A DNA stretch of 64,000 nt from positions 12,338,001 to 12,402,000 of the forward strand of contig OY740807.1 in NCBI GenBank assembly GCA_963514005.1, given 5' to 3'. This stretch comes from Raja brachyura. Taxonomy: Eukaryota. How positions within the stretch are numbered: the stretch's first letter is position 1; each line of letters opens with the position of its first letter. The notes under the pieces were generated by a model. It saw only the letters and a list, made by a program, of their open reading frames with translations. It was not told where the DNA came from and searched no databases. Shown here one piece after another: positions 37,926 to 51,429 of the stretch. Both the position numbers and the translations under genes were made by a program.

Positions 37926-38989
37926 CTGTTGGGCGAAAAATGTTACAGATAGGCAGAGAAACAAAGATGATGTTGACATTGAACAATACAGCACAGGAAC
38001 TGGCCCTTTGACCCACGATGTCTGTGTCATCAATGATGCCTAGTTAAACTAATGTCCTTTGCCTGCTTGTGATCCATATCCCTCCATTCATTGCATATCC
38101 ATCTGCCTAACTAAATGACCCCAAAACACCACTCTATCTACTTGTGTTACCACATTCAGGGAGCTATGGACTAGGACCTCAAGATCCCTCTATACATCAA
38201 TGTTGTTAAGGATCTTGCCATTAACTCTATACTTTCCCCTTACATACGACCTCCCAAAGTGCAACATCTCACTACATTGCTAAAGTAATTTGTGGCTAAG
38301 AATTCCTGAGGAGCAGCCTGCTTTGTAAATGGGGAACACTTTGGATCGCATGCAATCCACAAACAACAAAAGAATAATGGGCATCAGGGGTACATTACAT
38401 GCATACAATTTTCCTACATAAATTTCCTTTCCAATGGCAGACTCATTTGAATTCCTGCTTCCAATAATCACTATTTTCTCTTCCTCATCCCCTCACCACT
38501 CTTATACCTTCTTTTAATTTGCCATTTATTGGTCATCTGCCTTGTCTTTTCTCCAGCCCCCCACCTTTTCCACTCAGCATTAATTTTCTTATTTCCCTCT
38601 TTCTTGTCCTCTCATTGACTTGCTGCCTCACTTCCACTCACTTATACTTAAGCCTCCCCCACCAACTGCCATGCCTCATTTTCTTCCACCCTTCTTCTTA
38701 GCCTTTGTCATTTTGTTTCCCACCATCTTTCCAGTCCCAACCTTGCCTTCATCTAACTCATTTACTTTCATTTTTGCCTTATCCACCCTCAACAAATGCT
38801 AACTATTCAGATACAGACAGACAAGGCAGCTGTTTAATGAAATAATTGTCTATGACAGCTATTACTGCTACATCTTTCTAAGCATCACCAGATTCATTGC
38901 CTCTTCTCAGGTCACACTCTGATTTGAAGTGTTGCCTGGACTCAAATGGCAGCTCATCTTGATGAAGGATGTGTCAATTGAGGATCAGT

Positions 38990-39350
38990 TGTGGCCTTCA
39001 GCCTTAAATCCTAAGTTAACCTCGCTGTAGCAGATTGAGGGAGTGCAACATTCGCGGAGATGCCATCTTTCCCATGAAATGCTAAACAAGGTCCTGTTTG
39101 TCCACCCTGATGGGTAGAAGTGATCTAATGAAGCTTTTGAAATAATTCAAGGGAGTGTTCTCTTGTGTCCTAGCCAACACTATTCTTTCAAAAGTTAAAA
39201 CCAGATAATATGGTTATCATTTCCCTTATTGGGAGCTTTCTGTGTACAAATGGCTGCTGCATTACCTACATTATAGCAATGACTACTCAGCTGCTGTATA
39301 ATGCATTGGGACTTCTTGAGTTGGTGAAACACTGCTGAAATCCAAGTGTC
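38990..39350 (+). mobile_element. DeuSINE (SacSINE1-like), old copy
   Basis: Deu-domain-like gtgtcctagccaacac...gggagctttctgtgtacaaatggctgctgcattacctacatta. Related copies at about 31100-31400 (-), 40680-40955, 46330-46640 and 57160-57340. Confidence 0.65.
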
Positions 39351-40048
39351 TTTAAATCACTGCTGCATTAATTCACTTTTTCTGAGATTGTGCCCTGTGG
39401 ACTCTGCTCGTGGGTAAAGAGAGATTCTCTCTCTCTGGGTTTCTAGTAGTCTGTCTGGGAAAGGTTTTTACAAATGTATTTAAAATTGAACCAAGAAAAC
39501 AAGTGCAGGTGGTGAAAGTATGCATCAGGTAAAGCCCGACCAAGCCACATGGACAAGAAAGTCCCATTTCAATCCTTGGCCTGATAGACAATGTTTTCAG
39601 CTTCCAGCTGTTGGATGGGACTTAAACCTGATGCTCTCTGCAATGAGATTTCTCACGACTCAGCCTAGCATAGGATGAATGGGAGACAGATCCATGGGTA
39701 CAGGTGGCCTTAGAGCAAGAACCCAGAGTATCACCTTGGCTTAGACAGAGGACTGAGGGAGAGGAAGTTAGAGTAAGAGAATAAAATACATTGAAATGTG
39801 TTCAACAAATCTTAAGGCGAGAAAGAGATACCAAGAGATCTCCTCATAAACCCATCAGATAGAAACAAACTCTTTTAAAGAATAGATGAATGGGAATTTA
39901 AGAAATTTCAAGCAACTTATAAAATGGATGGTTGATGTTTGTAGTTTTTAAGGAGCCCGGAGGAGTCAATTGAAGCTTAAAAGGCCAGCAATGTAGGGAT
40001 AGGCTAAGAAAAGTTCATATCATTTTATATCAGCCTACATCTACCTAC

Positions 40049-40248
40049 CTCTAGGTTAAAGAGACTATTGAAATCAGGCAGGCAAACATGTTTATCCTCC
40101 ATTTTCCTGCGCATGTTTTTGATGGCATGAATTGATGTTTCGAAATAGGGATGTGATCTTCTTGTTAAAGGCAGGTCCTTCACCCAGCTGCAGCAGACCA
40201 CGTGGAGCGTGGTGAACACCATTCGGGCTAGCTTCGTTGAGTCAAACT
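40049..40248 (-). CDS. PPM1E: PPM1E exon 3 (200 nt)
   Basis: [11 protein letters not shown]...[31 protein letters not shown], canonical sites. Confidence 0.96.
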
Positions 40249-42159
40249 CTGGAAAAGCATAAGGGTTAAACCATTCAACTCTCTTTTGCACATAGACAGG
40301 TCAAGTCAGCAATGTGTAAATCCCATGAGCAAATAAATATATATTTCAAATTGTGGAAGATTTAACGGAAAATCAGTGCCAGACAATTGCGATGCCAGGC
40401 CAGCTGTGGTTACACTATAGCTACCAAGAGGTGAATGTCACAGCCTGACTTCACTGGCTGGATGACACACTTCTTCACACAAAAGGTTTTCAAGGGCAGA
40501 AAAAGGGAGCATAAAACAATGACAGTTCTGCAAATGATAACCAGGGAAATAACCTGACCTGCAGTAGTTAAGTGGGCAGAACACTTGCCTCCAAGTCATT
40601 TTGGATTCTAACCGACTCAAGGGACTTACACATAAAAAAAAGTGAGGGGCCATGCTGTTTCGACATTGTTGCTGCCTCACATGTGAGGCTTTAAACTGAG
40701 ACCTGTCAAACATCACAGGATGTTGGTTTGGCAAAATACCCTGAAGAATAGGGGAGTTATCCTTTTGTCACATCTAATCGTTATCCCTCAATCAATGTGA
40801 CAGAAACGGATTGCCTGGCTTATATCATATTGTTCCTTGTGGCTGTTTATGGTGTGTAAACGGACTTCTACATTCCATCCATTGTAATATTGACTACATT
40901 TCGGATAAACACTTCAACACACTCTGGGGCATCCTGAGGTCATGAAATGCAAGTCGAGTGTATTTGCCACCATCCCCCACCAGGCATACAATATTTCCAC
41001 ACCACATTAATAATTACTGACAGGCCATGGGGAACAGATGGAACAGATCTCTTGGTCTAACCCGGCCTGCAGTGCAGAGTATTATTCATCAATCATTCAC
41101 AGGGGGACCTGACAACAGGCCGCTGAGTCAGCCTACAGCACACAGCGATTGTGCAGAACCTTATCTCTTCACCCTTGTCAGCAGGTTGAGTTGTATCAGT
41201 GACTGAGCATGAAGATATCATCTTTCTCTGATAGCAAAGTTACTCAAAGTCCCAATTGCTATTATTCAAGTCCAACATTTTAGTGCGTTAGAGCACCCAA
41301 ATCTCCAACTCTCCTCTGGACTCAACCCATCACTTCCACACATGGACACTGTCCCTCGCATCTCCACATCAGACCTATGAGAACAGGTCAATGTTTGTAG
41401 AGGATTTTGTGTCCAAATTCTGGTATGTGGAAATTGTGGATTAAATCTTTTGGTTAACCTCCGGGCCCTTCACAAAAATTGTTAATATTTTTACAATGAT
41501 GTATTAATATATACCATTGTTTTATAATCCAGAATAAATAGCTGAAATATATATATATATATTTCAGCTATATATAATAGTACAGCACAGGAACAGGCTC
41601 TTCGGACCACAATGTCTGGGCCAAACATAATACCAAGTTAAACTAGTCCCCTCTGCCTACACATGATCCATATTCCCCCATTCCCCACATATCCATGTGC
41701 CTATCCAGAAGCCTTATATATGGACCAGGTTCTGTGGTATTCAAATCCTTTGTGTCCAAAATAGCATTGGTCCATGTCTCTGGATTGTTGGTCCATTGAC
41801 CCAGCCACTACTGAAGCCTGATTGGGGAACTGGAGCCCAATCTGGCTGCGAACTATCGCTCAAGTTTGCTTTCATACGGTCATGGTGCTGAATGGACAGC
41901 TCCTCCTTGAGCTCCCACTGACCAAAGATCTTGGACCTGAAAGTTTAATAGAAGTTTCTCTTCCCACAGCGGCAGCCTGACCTGCTGGGTATTTCCAGTA
42001 TCTACTGTAGATTTCTAGCAACTGTATTAAAACAAATATTTTCACCTGGCTGTCTGCCTGAAAGGAAATCCAATGCATCCGGATGATAACATGAACTTCC
42101 TCGAGGTCTGCAATATTCCTCACTGTTGGGCAACTATGAAAATGTTTTTCTTGATTTGA

Positions 42160-42465
42160 TTGAAATGCACAGCCCGGAAAAAAACCCATTCGGCCCACCA
42201 AGTCCGTGCCGACCATCGATCACCCGTTCTCAGTTCGACATTATCCCATTTTCTCATCCATTCCCCATACACTCGGGGCAATTTACAGAAGCCAATTAAC
42301 CTACAATCAGCACATCTTTGAGACGTGGGAGGAAACAGGAGCACCCTGAGAAAAACCACGTCGTCACAGGGAGAATGTGCAAACTCTACACGCACAGCAC
42401 CCGAGGTTAGGATCGAACCCGGGTCTCTGGCGCTGAAAGGCAGCAACTCTGCCAACTGCGCCGCT
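42160..42465 (-). mobile_element. tRNA-derived V-SINE (HE1-like), relatively intact
   Basis: On -: cggcgcagttggcagagttgctgcc...gagacccgggttcgatcc...gtagagtttgcacattctccctgtgac. Confidence 0.85.
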
Positions 42466-42584
42466 GTGAAGCCTGAACTATGTAATGGGCACCCCACCAT
42501 AGTCTTAAAACGGTAACGGGGAGTAAGGCCGCCCATACTCAAAAATTGGTCAATTCCCATTCATTCAGAAATAAGGGTCAGCTA

Positions 42585-43100
42585 CGCAGTGACCTATCCA
42601 GTCACGTGTGATGTGCCGGCTGTCACGAGGGGAGCCGGAGACGTGAGGTATTGCTAGGGCGACGATCCCGTGGGGGCGCATCGAGGGCAGGAGCCCGCCC
42701 ACCACGCGGTTCCCGCCGTCTGGCCCCTCAACTGTTGGTCACGTGTGGTGTCGGCGGCCTCGAGCGCGAGGGGTGTGCGGGGTCACGTGGGGGGCTCGAG
42801 GACCCACGTGCACCATCACCTGGTTGTCATCACGGAGTGTGCCCGGGGGGCCCCGGGCTCCGTGCTCGCCCCCCACACACACAGTCGATGTACCACAGAT
42901 GGGGGAGAAGTCGCTCTGGACGGTAAGTGGAACTGGTTAATGGGGAGGGCCTGAGGTGCTGAAGCCGGGGACTCGGACTGCTCGTTGGATTAAGTCATAG
43001 CTAGTGGCGACCATGGGAACACAGCACGCGTCGTTGTCTCTTTCCGAGGCTGTCACCCCACTAGGCCTCCCATCCCAAACTTGTCCATTTTAATGACGTC
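42585..43100. promoter_or_regulatory. Intronic CpG island / candidate promoter
   Basis: Sharp rise in GC and CpG with no recognisable repeat, four CACGTG sites, an X-box-like ATTGCTAGGGCGAC and a GTAAGT donor at 42923. Confidence 0.65.
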
Positions 43101-44329
43101 GGGAGATTAGGGTAGCGATAGGATATTAACTCACATCTTTGGTCGTGGAAACGGTTTATATATACTCGGTCTGACAAGCGTGTGGAGTCTTTGTTTTTAT
43201 TTCATCATCCGAAGGCAAAGAAGGGTAATGCTCCAACAGTTACTCGAACAATGCAACGATGCAAGAGCAAGGAGGTGTCTGACCAGTAATTCCTTGAGAC
43301 TGTTCTTAGCTCTCTGACCTGCTTCGATCACTCGTTCCCCTTCCCACCTGAGCTTATGTTTTTGTTGGTCAGATGCAACTTTTTTTTAAAGTGCATTAAT
43401 AGCAATGTCTCCAGAAACTAAATGGATTTACAGGTCTGGGTGAAAAAGCACAAGATGCAACAAGCACGCAACCATCACTTTTAAGTAACACGTGCTAACT
43501 AACTAGCCAGTCAATTTTCTCTGCCGGAATTAGGACATGGTCTCGTCGTCACTATTAATAAAATGACCTCCAAATGGATAATCCATTTTTATGTGGAACA
43601 TTTTCTTCAGATTTTTATTTAGCATGGTGTTTATTATTCAGTATTGTACAGAATCAGGACATTTAACCCAACTGGTCTTTGTAGGTGTTCATGACGTGCA
43701 TAATCGTCCTCCTCGATGTTCTGTCACTGCCCACTGACTATTATTTTGTTACTTTCAATTCTCCCTAGGGTTTATCCACCTTAAAATATCTCTCTGCTAT
43801 TCACCTTACCACTGTCTGGGTTTCTCTTGAATTCCCTGGGACTGTCTTGCATTTCTTGAAATCATTTTGGACCTGCCTCTCCCCCAAATGGAACATTATT
43901 TGCTTTCATATCTCTAGATTTCTTGTGGGAGCAAGCTGTTTTCATCGTAAACTGATAAGTGAAATTTGCACTGTGGCTTTGATGCCAATCTTCCTAATCT
44001 CCAGCGTGGAAACCCAGATGAAGATTGATTTTTACAATTGGCAATGGATTATTTTTTCCCCAGTGCTTGGGCTCCTGCTCCTAACTGGAAAGAATGTGTA
44101 TGCCCACCTGAATCAAACACCTGATGCCAGCAATGATGAAATAGGCAGAATTGCGCAGGACATGACTTACTTTCACTTGACTAACCATTCAAAGCCCATA
44201 ACATAGAACAAAACAAGACCACAAAACATAGACCAAGATAGGAATAAATCCCCAGCATCAAGTCAAATAAATGGATTCTGCAACTGACTACTGAGATACT
44301 ATAAATTATTATAGAATATTTGTGTACAC

Positions 44330-45420
44330 AAAAACCCACAGATGCTGGTCTGGAAGGAAAAAACAAACTGCTGGAGGAACAGCAGGTCAGGCAGCATCAA
44401 CAGAGCAAAATGGTAAATTGCCATTTCGAGACCCTTCCTCTGTACTGAAATAATATCATGGAGGTAGCTGGTATAAAGAGGTGAGGGGTTGGGCCAAGAA
44501 CTTGTACACTCCTGGTGTGGAGGAGTGGATGGGAATCGGGTGGGGGACAGAGAGGGGTGAAGATAACAACCGAGTTGGCACATGACAGGTGGAGGTAGCC
44601 AGGAGCTACAGTTAATGGAATCTGATGGGACAGGAAAGTTGAGCATTGGATCAACTGAGGAGGTAAGGTGAGCAAATGGAAGCATGGCAGAGGTAAGAGA
44701 ACTGATGAGAGGAATGATTAGGTTATGGGTGGGGAAGCATAGGAAAGAACTATGTTAGTGGGAGGATCACGATGGCTAGATTGACCGAACAAGAGCAGGT
44801 TACCTGAAATTAGAGAATTCAATGTTCATGCCATTGGGATCTAGACTACCAGGATTGAATATGATGTGCTGTTTTTCTAGTTTGCGTTTAGCCTCGCCCT
44901 GGCTGTGGAGGGGGCTAACGACAGACAGGTCAGTGTGGCGATGGGGAGGGTAATTGCAATGGCTAGTAATTGTGAGGTCCATTTGCATTGCAGATGGAGC
45001 AAGGTGCTTCGCAAAGCGATCGCCTAATCTGTACCTGATCTCACCAATGTGCAGGAGGCCACATCGAGAATATCCTATGCCGTAGACTAGACAAGGTGCC
45101 TCTGCTCCACCTGAAAAGACTGTTTGGGTCCCTAGATGTTAGTGAGTGGAGATATAGGGACATGTGTTGTTTCTCCTAGCGTTGCAGGGGGAAGTGCCAG
45201 AGTGAAAGGAAAGGGAGAGCGAAGGGTGGGGATAGATGAGCAAACCACCCTTTACAAAGGTTACAGGCTAGTCAAGATGAGAGCTGTCCTTGTGCGAAGC
45301 AGAAAGGAGTGGGAGGGGAAGATGGGACAGAATATAGGATCACGTTGCAGCTTGTGAAAATGTTGAATAATGATGTGCTGGATGCAAAGGCTGGTTGGAT
45401 GGAAGGTGACGACGAAATAA
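44330..45420 (-). mobile_element. Penelope-like element fragment (GIY-YIG C-terminus plus pseudo-LTR)
   Basis: ORF 44800..44988 GEAKRKLEKQHIIFNPGSLDPNGMNIEFSNFR is homologous to the copy at 34480-35165. Confidence 0.8.
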
Positions 45421-47259
45421 ACTATATGTCCAAGATAATTGGGTGCCTAACTTGAATGGAAGAAAGAAGCAGGGGCATGTCAATCGAAGGTCATAACCTT
45501 GTGAAAAAGGGTCTCGACCCGAAACGTCACCCATTCCTTCTCTCCAGAGATGCTACCTGTCCCGCTGAGTTACTCCAGCATTTTTTGATCTACCTTCGAT
45601 TTAAACCAGCATCTGCAATTATTTCCTACACATCATAACCTATCTATACAGTCAGAATCTTTTATCCCCAAGGTGGAAATTTCCAACACTAGAGGGCATA
45701 GCTACAAGGTGAGAGGGGGAAGTTTGATGGAAATGTGTTGGGCAAGTTTTTTGCAGAGTAGTGGGGGCCTGGTATGCATTGCCAGAGGTGGTTTTATGGG
45801 CAGACACGATTGTGGCATTTAAGAGGCTTTTATATAGGCACATGGAAGTGCAGGGAATAGAAGGATTTGGGTCATGTACAGGCAGATCAGTTTACCGGCA
45901 TCATGTTCGGGACAAACATTGTGGGCCAAAGAGCCCGTACCTGTGCTGTGCTGTTCTATGTTCTTAGATGAATTGTCAGCTTTGCTATCATTAAGCTTAG
46001 GGAGAATCTCAAGTAGCAGAGTGAGGGAGGAGTGCAGGTGTTGGTGAGTCTCGGGAAAGGGTACAATTGCTAAGCACATCACCCCCCAAAATTTGACTCT
46101 TTATAGTGGCTGTATTTTATGCATTGCCATGGTATTATTTACTGCCATGGCATGGGTTTGAAACCATAAGTTTGATTTGTCCAAGGCTTCCATTTTTAAA
46201 AGGTGGGGGGGGGGGGGGGGGGAAGCATTTGTGAAAAGTGTATTACAGTAGATCAGAGGCCTCCACTGTCAATGAGCTATGCCTGTGAACATTGCCCATC
46301 TGTTATGACTTTGCATAGTGGTCTTAATCTGTGGTTGTGAATTCAAGTCTCAACATAATCCAGCTGACGCTCCCAGGGTGGAACTGAGAATGCCATACTC
46401 ATGGAGGGCCGCACAGTCAGGAGGCATCATCTTTTTGACAAGATGATAAACTGACTACTCCATATAACCATATAACCATACTCCCTTTGTGAAATAAAGC
46501 CTGAAACAATTCCAAACAAGTTGACTGATTTTGATCTCTCAATCAAATCAAATATCATGGGATTTTGTTGGGCACAACAACCTACCCTTTTCTGCAATGA
46601 CCACTTTAAAGGTTCTTAATTGGCCGCAGATTGCTTTTGGAATTTGAGGGGAGACCTGATAAGAGTGTGTGAAATTATGGGAAACATAGATAGGGTACAG
46701 TCAGGACTTTTTTTCCCCCGTAGAAGTATCAAGCACTAGTGAGCATAGATTAACGATGAGAGGGGCAATGTATGGAGATAAGTAAGGCAAGTTTTTTTAC
46801 ATAAGAGTAGTGGTTGCCTGCTAAGCTCTGCCAGGAGAGGTGGTAGTGACACTTAAGAGGCTTTTAGAAAGGCACATGAATATGCAAGGAATGGATGGAT
46901 ATGACCAAGGATATTAGTTTAACTTGGGATCATGTTTGGCACAGACATTGTGGGCCGAAGGGCTTGTTCCTGTGCTGTTCTGTTCTATGACACACTACAA
47001 ATGAAAGTCTTCCTTTGCCAAGGTTTGAACCAGTACCATATTTCCTTTGGTCTGAATCACTGGCCATGCTGAGCTATTCAAGGAACCAGCCAACTTTATG
47101 TATTTCTTCTTTTTAACTGATTCACTGAGTGTCATCAGGGGATCCATAACTGTAGCTTAATAAAGCTTTTCAAAGAAACTATGAATACATTAATTGGAAA
47201 CCACCCCAGCTGTGTACTTGGCATGTCTTCAACAGTACTCAATCACTACATCACAGCTC

Positions 47260-47850
47260 AATTAACCCAGTGAGGGAGAGATTAGGGAGAATACCAATTT
47301 ACTCGATGTGTGAAGGTTTCTAGACCTTAAGTTGATCACAGAGGATAAAGCTCTCTCAGAACACTTGGTTATGCTGCTAACAATGGTTGAGTGGTAGGGT
47401 GAATCAGTTCCCCACAGGCTGCCCTCAAGACGGTTGTTTGGGGATGAGACCGTCATCCATCAAATTCTGGAATGTACATTTACAAAGAAGGTCTGGAAAG
47501 AGATGAAGTGATCTCCGTGGAGTTCCATCCCCAACAGCTGTGTTACACAGCACTCAGTGGCTGAGGGCTGTTCCCAGGTATGCATACTGAAACAGCTGCT
47601 ACTTGATGATTATTAACTTAGTGCCCTCTAGTTTGTCTGAAACCTGCAGGTCTTCTGCTGCAAGAAATTGCCCACAACCAAATCGGCATATACCACGGTC
47701 CAGAACCATGTGTCAAGAGGTGCAGCTGTCACAACTGTTGTCTTGCTGCCTTTATGTAAATGGAATGATATGGCGTGTATCGACAACGGTGATATTTGAT
47801 ATTTGGTGCCTATTCATAAAACTTGCAAATATATATTTATATTTTTAAGT
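47260..47850 (+). mobile_element. Degenerate Tx1/L1 ORF2 C-terminal fragment
   Basis: Frameshifted CPQDGC...ETVIHQILECTFTKKVWKEM cysteine-rich motif at about 47419-47508. Confidence 0.55.
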
Positions 47851-49224
47851 TAAAAACACATGCACTAATTCCTGCTGTAGGTGAATGTAAAGAATCTGAC
47901 AGCACCAATGGACTATGGACATGGTGGAGCCAACATGGTGACCCATCAGCTAGTGCCAACAAAATATTTTTATTTCCTTGCAATTTGATAATAACTTGCT
48001 TCCATCCATGGGTTCTGAGGTGGTTCATGAAGCCATTGTGGGCTCCAAAGACTGACAAATGGGAAAGGCAGTGTTCGATGAGGCAGCTGTGGGGTTAGGG
48101 TGGAAAAATGTGTGCTCCTTTCACCATTCTCATTGGGAATCCTCATACTGATAGAGGGACCCATGGTTCTCTGTCATTCTGAATTTCTCAATTTTGAACA
48201 GTCATGCATAACGGAATTTTGTAAATTGGGGAAAATATTAAATTTTCTTCTGGAGACATTGAGAAGAAAGTTTAGTTATTTTCTCTGTCTGGTAATCGCT
48301 TACCATGACAGAGCTAAAACTAAAGTGCCTATTTCATGAGACACAAAAAACTACAGATGGTAGAATCTTGAGCAAAACACTAACTACTAGAGGAATTCAG
48401 TGGGTCAGGTAGCTTCTGTGGAGGGAATGGACAGGTGATGCTTCGGGTTAGGTCTCAAGAAGGATCCCAAACCGAAATATCATCTGTCCATTCCCCCCAC
48501 AGATGCTGCCTGACCCACTTGAGTTCCCCCAGCATTTTGTGTTTTGCCTGTTTCAGGAGTTAGGTGTTGGGCATGCACATGATGTGATCTGCTCCTTGCA
48601 TCTAGCTGTATGCAATATGGGGCTTAAAGTTGGGCTGTTGATTTGGGTATGGAAGCTGGTGTTGGTTTACTTATTCTGCCAGTGGATTGGGGATATTTTG
48701 TGGTATGACTCCATTATCAGCTTTTTCATTTTACATGTTTTAATGGATATAGGTACTTCTGCCAAGGCCAGCATTTATTGCCTATTCCAGTTGCCCTTGT
48801 AAAGGTGGTGGTGAGACACCTTCTTTAACTGCTACTGTTCTGGTGAAGATGCTCCTATTATGCTGTTGAGTAGGGAGTTCTAGTGTGCAGTGACTGAACC
48901 ATGCAGGAAAGTGGGGATCTGTGATGCCTGGGTTAGATTAGGAACTTTGGCCCCTTGATATCTTGATCTTTGAAGCCTCTTCTTCAGATAGCAAACACTA
49001 TGGTGGTAGTTAATTTCATCATCAATATCAGCCTTTACCAAGAAGTAGCTCTTGAGATCTGAAAAATAATCTATCTTTTCCAGGGTCTCATTGTGGATGT
49101 TATTGTCGGACCAGTGATGTTGTAGACTAGAGACAGATTCAAATTTTGTTGTGTAACAGACACAGAATAGAAATGAATTTCTAGCAACTATAACACATTT
49201 CTTCGCCTCTTGCATTAAGCTATA

Positions 49225-49900
49225 TAATTTTCTAGAGGAATTTTTGAAAATTTCTCAAAAACACTAAAAACAAAATTTGGCCCCGACACGGAATTGATTA
49301 TTCTAGGTACGTCAGAAGCCTGCTCTGAGCTATCAATATTTCGAAGACGTTTCCTTAATTATGGCCTGATAATGGCGAAAAAACGAATACTCAAATTTTG
49401 GAAACATACATCTGTCCCTACTCTTAAAATGTCGATTACAAACATGTCTGAGACACAACATCTTGAAAATATTAGACTTGTCTTAGCAGAAAAACCAGAG
49501 CATTTTTCGAAGACATGGACACCATTCATTGATTTATTTCAAGGATAGTATAGTACAACACAATTTTGGAGTTAAATCTAATTACGGGTTGGGTGATGGG
49601 TGGGTAGGGATGTGAGGCAGGTATATCATCACTTCTTTCATTTTTTGTCTTTTTATTTCTCTATTCCTTTCTTATTTCTTTTACTTACTCACTCTTTGGC
49701 CACACCATTTTGGTAGTCTAGGGGTTCTATCCTTACACATTCCACTCTTTCTCTTGCTTTTTCTCCTTTCTTTTCTCTTAACTATAGCTAAAAGTCAAAA
49801 TTAAAGCTGTACAATAACTGTATTAAGTCATATGCCGTTGGTTACATTTCTGTACACTTGCTTCTAATAAATAAATAATAGAAAAAGAGGGAAAAAAGGA
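49225..49900 (+). mobile_element. L1-clade LINE 3' end (ORF2 C-terminus, pyrimidine-rich UTR, A-rich tail)
   Basis: YGLIMAKKRILKFWK...FSKTWTPFIDLF*, followed by aataaataaataatagaaaaa. Confidence 0.8.
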
Positions 49901-51307
49901 TTCTTCATAGGCCCACTTACGACTATCATCATAGGACTTTCTGAGATCAAAATAGGTCATGCACAGTGGTTAATGCAACTTTATGTAGTTTTCCTGTTGA
50001 CGTAACAGTGAATAAGTTAACAAAATAGATTGTCTCACTGTTATTTGTGAAATCTTTATTGTACACAAATAGGCTCCCGTGTTTGACCACAACACATTGA
50101 CGTGTGATGTGCGACGACTACATTTTAAAAGTCAAGTTACTGCAGTGAGCGTGTTTGAGTAATCAAGGGTGCTTGTAAAGCAATAAAATAAAATTCTCTC
50201 TTTTCTGTTCTCATTCTACTAAACTGCTTGCCTGGTTATCTGCATTGCTATCAAACTTATCCACACCCTACATTTCCTTCAACTAGGTACTGTTGTGCAT
50301 TTGGTAGATTTCCATTTTCAACAGTTTTCTCGCAGGTGGCACCAAACTGATGCAATGTCAAACTAAAAAAATAAAGTATTCCCAAACTGAATTTCTAATA
50401 TGTGTATTGAGTCAGTCATTTGACATCAAAACCTTGGTTTAATGGTGCAGGGAAGTGTAATCAACCAGGTCCTGTTTCTATCACTAGCTTTAGTGTATAT
50501 CTGTAGTGAGGGGAGGGGTGGACGTGTAGACACCTGTATGAGATTGAATGCGTTGTGTGTGAGTGGGGTGTTGAGTAAAGATACGATGAGACGCATTGTC
50601 ACTCGGGTGATAACTAGTAGGTTACAAATAGATCTCTTCACCCTCCCCCATTCTTTCTCCTCAAAGAGCACCAGTTGGAATGTTTCAGAAAAGACCCAAC
50701 AGAGAAACATAGACTATAAATAACCTCACTGTGCAGTAGCTATCTCCCAAGATAAAATGCCTCTTCCTGGATTCCTCTCCCTCATTAGTTCAGCAGCAAC
50801 ACATTCTTAAATGGAGACAAGCCTGAATTTCTGTACAGTGTTTTGCATTTTCAAGACATCTCAAAATATTCCACAGCAAATCAAGTATCTCTGAAGTGCA
50901 ATCACAATTTAGGAAGCATGACTGCAATTTGCAACTTCCACAATTAGCAAAGTGAAATGTATTTTTACTGAGCAAAAAGGGAGAGCTGCTGGAGGAACAC
51001 AGTGAGTCGGGCAGTACCTCTGGAGGGAAATGGACAGTCAAGATTTTGGGCTGAGACCCTTCACATAGACTCTTCAACGTCAGCTGTCTATTTCTTCCAC
51101 ACATGCTGCCTGACCCACTGGGCTCCTCCAGCAGTTTTCTATTTTGCTACAGATGCATTTACAGTATTTTGGACTGCCTTCATTTTTATTGATGCTAATT
51201 AAGAGATAAATGATAATCTCATCGAGTAAAACAATCCAAGTGTCTCCATAGGAGCTTTAGGGAGGAATTGATTCAATCTTCCCTCTCCTGGTTTTCATAC
51301 TACTTAC

Positions 51308-51429
51308 GTGTAATCCCATCGGTGCCATCCAAGAGCTTCGGCACATAATGAAGAAGAGAAAGGTCACTCTGAAGGATTTCATTTGTTGTTGCCCTTGCCA
51401 ACGCTGCAGCCAATGAGAAGGGGGCATTA
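51308..51429 (-). CDS. PPM1E: PPM1E exon 2 (122 nt); exon 1 lies beyond the window
   Basis: ttgtctttcag| [40 protein letters not shown] |gtaagt. The phase matches exon 3. This frame is not in the ORF track. Confidence 0.93.

Noticed and set aside
48880-49215. 111-aa minus-strand ORF as an extra PPM1E exon
   Set aside because: No recognisable homology or convincing splice sites, and exons 2 and 3 already join in frame.
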